Of a stretch of 64,000 bases of DNA, positions 59,454 through 64,000 are shown piece after piece (within the stretch, counting starts at the first letter, position 1; every line of letters begins with the position of its first letter). Origin of the DNA: Pseudomonadota bacterium (lineage in GTDB: Bacteria > Desulfobacterota > Desulfobacteria > Desulfobacterales > RPRI01); the NCBI GenBank assembly GCA_043825875.1, contig JBDRRF010000035.1, positions 17,751-81,750 of the forward strand, given 5' to 3'. The notes below the pieces were generated by a model. That model made no database searches. It saw only the letters and a list, made by a program, of their open reading frames with translations, and was not told the DNA's origin. The translations under genes and the position numbers were made by a program.

Positions 59454-61013
59454 TTATTTTTTTTGCCTTAATTCTTTCTTTAAAATTTTACCTGTTGCAC
59501 TCATGGGCAGTGTGTCACGAAATTCGATTTCGCGAGGATACTTATAAGCCGCCAGGTTTTCCTTGGCCCATGCCTTGATTTCTTCTTCCGTAGTTCTTGC
59601 GCCTTCTTTTTTAACGATAAAAGCTTTGATTTCTTCACCGTATTTTTTATGGGCAACGCCGATAACGGCTGCTAAAGCAACATCGGGATGGGTCAATAAT
59701 ATTTCTTCCACTTCCCTTGAATAAACATTAAACCCGCCGCGAATAATCATATCTTTAACCCGGTCTATGATATAAATATAACCATCTTCATCAAAACGTC
59801 CAATATCACCTGTATAAAACCACCCGTTTCGAAATGCTTCTTTGGTTGCCAAAGGATTCTTGTAGTACCCTTTCATTACATTATGCCCGCGAATTACTAT
59901 CTCTCCCGGTTCTCCCTGTGGTACATCATTATCTTTTTCATCCACAATACGTATTTCCACACCCCATACGGGAACACCAATTGAACCGGGCTTGTATTTG
60001 CGATAAGTCAGGCTGAAAGTAGACGAAGCAGCAGGGCTTGTTTCTGTAAGGCCGTATCCTTCGTGGATTTTTACCTTAAATCTTTTTTCGAATGCTTTCA
60101 TTGCTTCAACTGGCATGGCAGATCCGCCGCAAAGGCAATATCGTAAAGTATTTGCTATTTTTTTAAGATCGTATTTTTCTGCTTCAGGATAATTAAGCAA
60201 AGCCACATACATAGTAGGAACACCCTGAAAGAAAGTGACATTGTCGCGCTGCATAATTTCCAATACCTCATCCGGATCAAAGCGGTGAGTCAATGAAATG
60301 GTGGCACAGTTGTAAAACCCGGCGTTCATTTGCAGGCTCTGTGCAAAAGAGTGAAAAAGGGGTAATACAACAAGATGTACATCATCGACATGTGCTTTAT
60401 ACATAGTATCACTAAGCCGGGCGTTAAGCACCATATTTACATGGCTGAGTTCAGCTCCTTTGGGTCGCCCTGTTGTGCCGCTTGTATAAAGAATAACGGC
60501 CGTATCGTTTGCATCGGTTGATACCGTTTGAAATGTTGATGGCTGATTGCTTATCAGATCTCTTAATGTTTTGGCATTAGAAATAGAAGAAGGCCCATCA
60601 GGATCTCTTTGCATAAGAATAAAGTGCTCGCAAGTTTCGGTTTTCTGAAAACTATCCCAACCTGTTTCACCCATTGGCAACTGCTTTGTTCCTTCAAAAC
60701 AAAAATAAGCTTTAGCATCGGAATCCGACAAATGATAAGCAATTTCGCGCGGCTTGAGCAGTACATTCAAGGGAACTACTACCGCACCGGTTTTAAGAAT
60801 TCCGTAATAAACAATAGGGAAATAAGGCAAATTGAGGCAGCTAAGAGCAACTTTGTCACCCGGTTGAATACCCAGACCAACAATCCCGTTTGCTACTTGA
60901 TTGGCTGCCGCATTAACTGCCGCATAAGATAATTTTATCTCATTATAAATAACAGCGATATGATGAGGCCGTTCCCTTGTGCTGCTTTCCAGTAAAGTAG
61001 CTAAATTTAACAT
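59454..61013 (-). CDS. fadD: long-chain fatty acid--CoA ligase
   Basis: YTSGTTGRPKG, LPLFH, EGYGLTE, GWFYTGD, DRVKDMI.RGG, ATGKILK. Confidence 0.9.
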   Translation of the reverse strand: MLNLATLLESSTRERPHHIAVIYNEIKLSYAAVNAAANQVANGIVGLGIQPGDKVALSCLNLPYFPIVYYGILKTGAVVVPLNVLLKPREIAYHLSDSDAKAYFCFEGTKQLPMGETGWDSFQKTETCEHFILMQRDPDGPSSISNAKTLRDLISNQPSTFQTVSTDANDTAVILYTSGTTGRPKGAELSHVNMVLNARLSDTMYKAHVDDVHLVVLPLFHSFAQSLQMNAGFYNCATISLTHRFDPDEVLEIMQRDNVTFFQGVPTMYVALLNYPEAEKYDLKKIANTLRYCLCGGSAMPVEAMKAFEKRFKVKIHEGYGLTETSPAASSTFSLTYRKYKPGSIGVPVWGVEIRIVDEKDNDVPQGEPGEIVIRGHNVMKGYYKNPLATKEAFRNGWFYTGDIGRFDEDGYIYIIDRVKDMIIRGGFNVYSREVEEILLTHPDVALAAVIGVAHKKYGEEIKAFIVKKEGARTTEEEIKAWAKENLAAYKYPREIEFRDTLPMSATGKILKKELRQKK

Positions 61014-61017
61014 TTAA

Positions 61018-61181
61018 AAAAACCCTTTATATTAACATATCTGCTATAACGTGCTTTATTTAAAACAGATTAAACCAATATGTTCCATATTTAATAATTT
61101 CGCTCATTATATGACGACTCATAATTAAATCAAGCCTGATATTAAAACAGGGAAAATTGACCTGATAAACAATGGTTGGCC
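61018..61181 (+). repeat. copy 1 of 140-bp direct repeat followed by an attI-like site (TGACCTGATAA-N6-GTTGGCC)
   Basis: 61018-61157 matches 62105-62244 with 7 substitutions; shared motif and GTT at 61175. Confidence 0.85.
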
Positions 61182-61194
61182 CTAAAAATAATTA

Positions 61195-61235
61195 TTGACC
61201 TCCGGATCAAATACGGCTATACATAGGCTATACAT
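61195..61235 (+). promoter_or_regulatory. toxin-antitoxin promoter/operator
   Basis: TTGACC-N17-TATACA overlapped by tandem GGCTATACAT repeats (61215, 61226). Confidence 0.65.
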
Positions 61236-61249
61236 CAGGGGGTGTTAAA

Positions 61250-61498
61250 ATGCTTACGAAAATTCAAAAATGGGGAAATAGTCAGGGGCTCCGACTTGCA
61301 AAAAATCTGCTCGAAGATGCAAATCTTTGTGTAGGCGATGATGTGGATATTAGCGTTAAAGGAGGAGTTATGATCGTCAAACCAGCGAGAAAGATACGTG
61401 GACGCTATGCCCTCAAGGACCTCGTTGCAAATATTCCTGAAAACTATGAAATCAACGAAATTGAATGGGGCGAACCGGTCGGCAAGGAGGAATGGTAA
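61250..61498 (+). CDS. mazE: MazE/AbrB-family antitoxin
   Basis: IQKWGNSQGLRL, Y.LKDLV..I, EIEWGEPVGKE.W. Confidence 0.93.
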   Translation: MLTKIQKWGNSQGLRLAKNLLEDANLCVGDDVDISVKGGVMIVKPARKIRGRYALKDLVANIPENYEINEIEWGEPVGKEEW

Positions 61499-61834
61499 AT
61501 GCCTGCGTATACCCCTAAACAAGGGGATATCATCGCGATTAGTTTTGATCCACAATCAGGTCATGAACAGAAAGGACGGAGACCTGCCTTTGTCGTTAGT
61601 AAAGACCTCTTCAACCGAAGTACAGGATTGGCTATTGTTTGCCCAATCACAAACACCAACCGTAACTTTCCTTTTCACGTTCCTATCTCTAAGGGCAGCG
61701 ATTTGACTGGTTATGTAATGGTAGAGCAAGTTAAATCAGTCGATTTCAAAACTCGTCGTGCAAGCCGGATTGAATATGGTGGTAAGGAATTACTTGCAGA
61801 GGTGCTTTCAATACTTGATGCCTGCATTTACTAA
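61499..61834 (+). CDS. mazF: MazF/PemK-family endoribonuclease toxin
   Basis: GDII.I.FDPQSGHEQKGRRPA.VVS, VCPIT, EQVKSVD. Confidence 0.95.
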   Translation: MPAYTPKQGDIIAISFDPQSGHEQKGRRPAFVVSKDLFNRSTGLAIVCPITNTNRNFPFHVPISKGSDLTGYVMVEQVKSVDFKTRRASRIEYGGKELLAEVLSILDACIY

Positions 61835-62018
61835 AGGGCCGACATCAATCAACCTGGTCGCCGGGCAAGTAAGGTTTTAGGGAAACAAAGAAAGAAGCTA
61901 TTTGGGTCATTAAAGAGGAATTTAAATAAATAATAAAGATATTATATAACACGGAATTAAAGACTCTGTCAGTATTATGAATTCCGGAGGATATGAAGCG
62001 TTAACAGGCGTTAAACAA

Positions 62019-62101
62019 CCCCCTAACCCCCTTTTAAGGGGGAATTCACTTGGCTTCACCTCCGAGAAGATTATATGAAGTCCAAATGCGGTTACCCTGA
62101 T
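62019..62101. repeat. REP/MITE-like remnant
   Basis: CCCCCTAACCCCCTTTTAAGGGGGAA hairpin motif; ends GGTTACCCTGAT, nearly complementary to ATCAGGTAACC at 63648. Confidence 0.45.
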
Positions 62102-62104
62102 TCC

Positions 62105-62308
62105 AAAAACCCTTTATATTGACATATCTGCCATAACATGCTTTATTTAAAACAAATTAAACCAATATGTTCCATATTTAATAATTTCGCCCATTATATG
62201 ACGATTCATAATTAAATCAAGCCTGATATTAAAACAGGGGAAATAAGCACGGAAACCCCGTTGAATTTTAATATCAGGGGAATGTGACCTGATAATAAAT
62301 TGTTACAT
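62105..62308 (+). repeat. copy 2 of 140-bp direct repeat, with a 40-bp extra segment, and attI-like site (TGACCTGATAA-N6-GTTACAT)
   Basis: See copy 1; contains TTGACA and the inverted repeat CCTGATATTAAAA...TTTTAATATCAGG. Confidence 0.85.
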
Positions 62309-62336
62309 GTCAAGTAATAGGTAAAGGATACTATGC

Positions 62337-62588
62337 ATGCTTAAGCTTCTTCCATTTCTTCAGGTCACTGTATTCATATTGTTTGCAGCCCTCCTTACTT
62401 TTAAACCAAAACCAGTCATTAAAATTATTGGAATTGTTTATTGGAATATTGGCAAGTTCACAGCACTTGGGAAGTCTGAAAATACAAAGAAATATTTTAT
62501 TGGTAAGAATACTTTTTGGTTCAGAGCCTTAGGAGTTATGATGCTAATTATTGGAATTATTTCGTTATTAGCCCAAATAAGTGAGTGA
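62337..62588 (+). CDS. small 2-TM membrane protein (gene cassette ORF)
   Basis: 83-aa ORF with AAGGA RBS, between core site GTTACAT and an attC. Confidence 0.65.
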   Translation: MLKLLPFLQVTVFILFAALLTFKPKPVIKIIGIVYWNIGKFTALGKSENTKKYFIGKNTFWFRALGVMMLIIGIISLLAQISE

Positions 62589-62621
62589 TTTTCGTTTAAT
62601 AATGTGATCCAAATTGTCGCC

Positions 62622-62745
62622 ATGTATCAAAACAGTTCAGGCGACAGCCAGGGCCGGGGCGTTTTATAAATTATGTTTAAAATTCAACTTTAGCTGTTAT
62701 TTGGTAGTTCAGGAGCCCTGGCTGTTCCTGACTTCCCCGTTATAG
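62622..62745 (+). mobile_element. integron attC site (124 bp)
   Basis: R'' ATGTATC, 5-nt spacer, L'' arm AGTTCAGGCGACAGCCAGGGC pairing with GCCCTGGCTGTTCCTGACT with two unpaired bases, 5-nt spacer, R' GTTATAG. Confidence 0.8.
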
Positions 62746-62747
62746 AA

Positions 62748-62969
62748 ATGAATGATTCAAAAGTAAAATTGAAAGAGTGTGTGTCCTGCAAGAAAATATC
62801 GCCATCATCAAAAGGTCAATATTGGTACAATAATCAGTGGCCTTTAGCAGGAGGCTCAATCATAGGATTCCATTGTGAACAATGTGCAAAGAAAGGAAGA
62901 AAACTTTTTGTTATCGCATTGGTAATCATTTTCATTATAATTTCTTTAATTATTATTAATACGCTATAA
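62748..62969 (+). CDS. small CxxC...CxxC protein with C-terminal TM helix (gene cassette ORF)
   Basis: CVSC...CEQC, hydrophobic tail; ATG 2 nt after the attC core site. Confidence 0.65.
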   Translation: MNDSKVKLKECVSCKKISPSSKGQYWYNNQWPLAGGSIIGFHCEQCAKKGRKLFVIALVIIFIIISLIIINTL

Positions 62970-62977
62970 GAAATTTT

Positions 62978-63058
62978 GTATAACAACCGCTTCAAGGTAT
63001 TTTAAACAGCGGCTAAAAAGCAGCTACTGCCCAAAACCCATGAGCTCAAGCGTTTTCC
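62978..63058 (+). mobile_element. degenerate integron attC site (81 bp)
   Basis: GTATAAC-AACCG-CTTCAAG...CATGAG-CTCAAGC-GTTTTCC with imperfect internal arms CAGCGGCT/AGCTACTG. Confidence 0.62.
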
Positions 63059-63083
63059 TGACTAATAGAATGAGCAAGAATAT

Positions 63084-63626
63084 ATGCAGCATAAATAAAA
63101 AGATCTTATTCCTGAAAAGAGTATATTAAAAATCATATTAGTCATTCGTGGTCAAAAGGTAATATTGGATTCAGATCTTGCTGCATTGTATGGCGTGGAA
63201 ACAAAACGCTTAAATGAGCAAGTCCGAAGGAATATTGATAAATTTCCGGAGGATTTTATGTTTCAGTTAACCAAAGAGGAATTAGAAAACTTGAAGTCGC
63301 AAATTGCGACATCAAGTTCAGGATGGGGAGGTAGGCGGAAGCCGCCGATGGTTTTCACTGAACACGGGGCATTGCAAGCGGCGAATGTTCTGAACTCCGC
63401 CCAAGCTAATAAAATGAGTGTGTATATTATTCGTGCTTTCATTCATTTACGAGAACTCGCTCTGGCAAACGTCAAATTAGCCCGAAAAGTCGATCAGTTG
63501 GAGCAAAGAGTGAGTGACCATGATGAAATCTTGATGGAACTGATCCAGGAAATCAAGAAATTGATTGGTACTCCAGAGTTGAAAGAGAAAAAGGCAATCA
63601 GATTTTTGAAAACAACCAAGGAATAG
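63084..63626 (+). pseudogene. ORF6N (KilA-N-like) DNA-binding domain protein with in-frame stop at codon 5 (gene cassette)
   Basis: ATG CAG CAT AAA TAA then KDLIPEKSILKIILVIRGQKVILDSDLAALYGVETKRLNEQVRRN..FPEDFMFQL...GGRRKPP..FTEHG. Confidence 0.8.
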
Positions 63627-63699
63627 CCAAAAGACCTTGGAGAACATATCAGGTAACCATTAAAACAATGAATCATTATTAAAAAAGAGTCTAATCATT

Positions 63700-64000
63700 A
63701 TGGCAATCTTTAGATGCAACAAATGCGGTCATATTAGAGAAGTTGGAAGTGAATATATTGGAAAAGCAGTTAAATGCCCGAAATGTGATAATGCTACAAT
63801 TATTTACGATACTGTTGCATTTCTTCAAGTATTGATAAAAAAGCACGTTGCTCAGACACGGGAATTGTATGAATTTCGTAATGAATTTTCTGTGAATAAT
63901 GCAGTTCAAGAAACATATGAAAATCCATCGCTTAAAGACATCGATATTCATAATACAAATATTTTCACCCAAGACAATAGTTTCGTCCCAATAATACAGT
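63700..64000 (+). CDS. hypothetical protein with N-terminal zinc ribbon (3' end outside window)
   Basis: Manual translation MAIFRCNKCGHIREVGSEYIGKAVKCPKC...; open to the window end. Confidence 0.75.
   Translation, partial: MAIFRCNKCGHIREVGSEYIGKAVKCPKCDNATIIYDTVAFLQVLIKKHVAQTRELYEFRNEFSVNNAVQETYENPSLKDIDIHNTNIFTQDNSFVPIIQ

Noticed and set aside
63691..63972. 93-aa minus-strand ORF
   Set aside because: Antisense to a more protein-like plus-strand zinc-ribbon ORF starting at 63700.

Overview
AT-rich chromosomal window from an anaerobic deltaproteobacterium. A Desulfobacterales-like source is inferred from gene content and repeat types, not proven. 1-23.5 kb is mostly housekeeping: pncB-pncA, gltX with tRNA-Gln(CTG), pdxJ, a sigma54-type USP/acyl-CoA synthetase-GNAT/USP operon, and pgpA-lepB-pyrB-pyrC plus an NtrC-family regulator. 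24.4-37.7 kb is an unusual catabolic cluster. A radical SAM/methyltransferase/CoA-ligase/Fe-S flavoprotein module, which I recognise as the DVU_1553-1558/TrsS type normally found beside a molybdenum aldehyde oxidoreductase, is here linked to an ATP-dependent activase, a 2-hydroxyacyl-CoA dehydratase-like subunit pair and a MaoC dehydratase. It has a GAF-PAS-LuxR regulator, a perfect palindromic operator and a candidate pseudoknotted leader RNA. LPS core genes follow (waaC/waaF/waaA). 42.8-53 kb is an accessory patchwork with several deletion scars and a carotenoid acyl-glycoside operon whose crtD is almost entirely deleted. 61-64 kb is a decayed integron-like cassette array with no integrase in view: two copies of a 140-bp promoter/attI-like block and four cassettes (mazEF, two small membrane ORFs, an ORF6N pseudogene) bounded by complementary core/inverse-core sites. 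Several MITE/REP-like repeats are present. No CRISPR array or rRNA was seen. All family names come from motif recognition and recall, not database searches.
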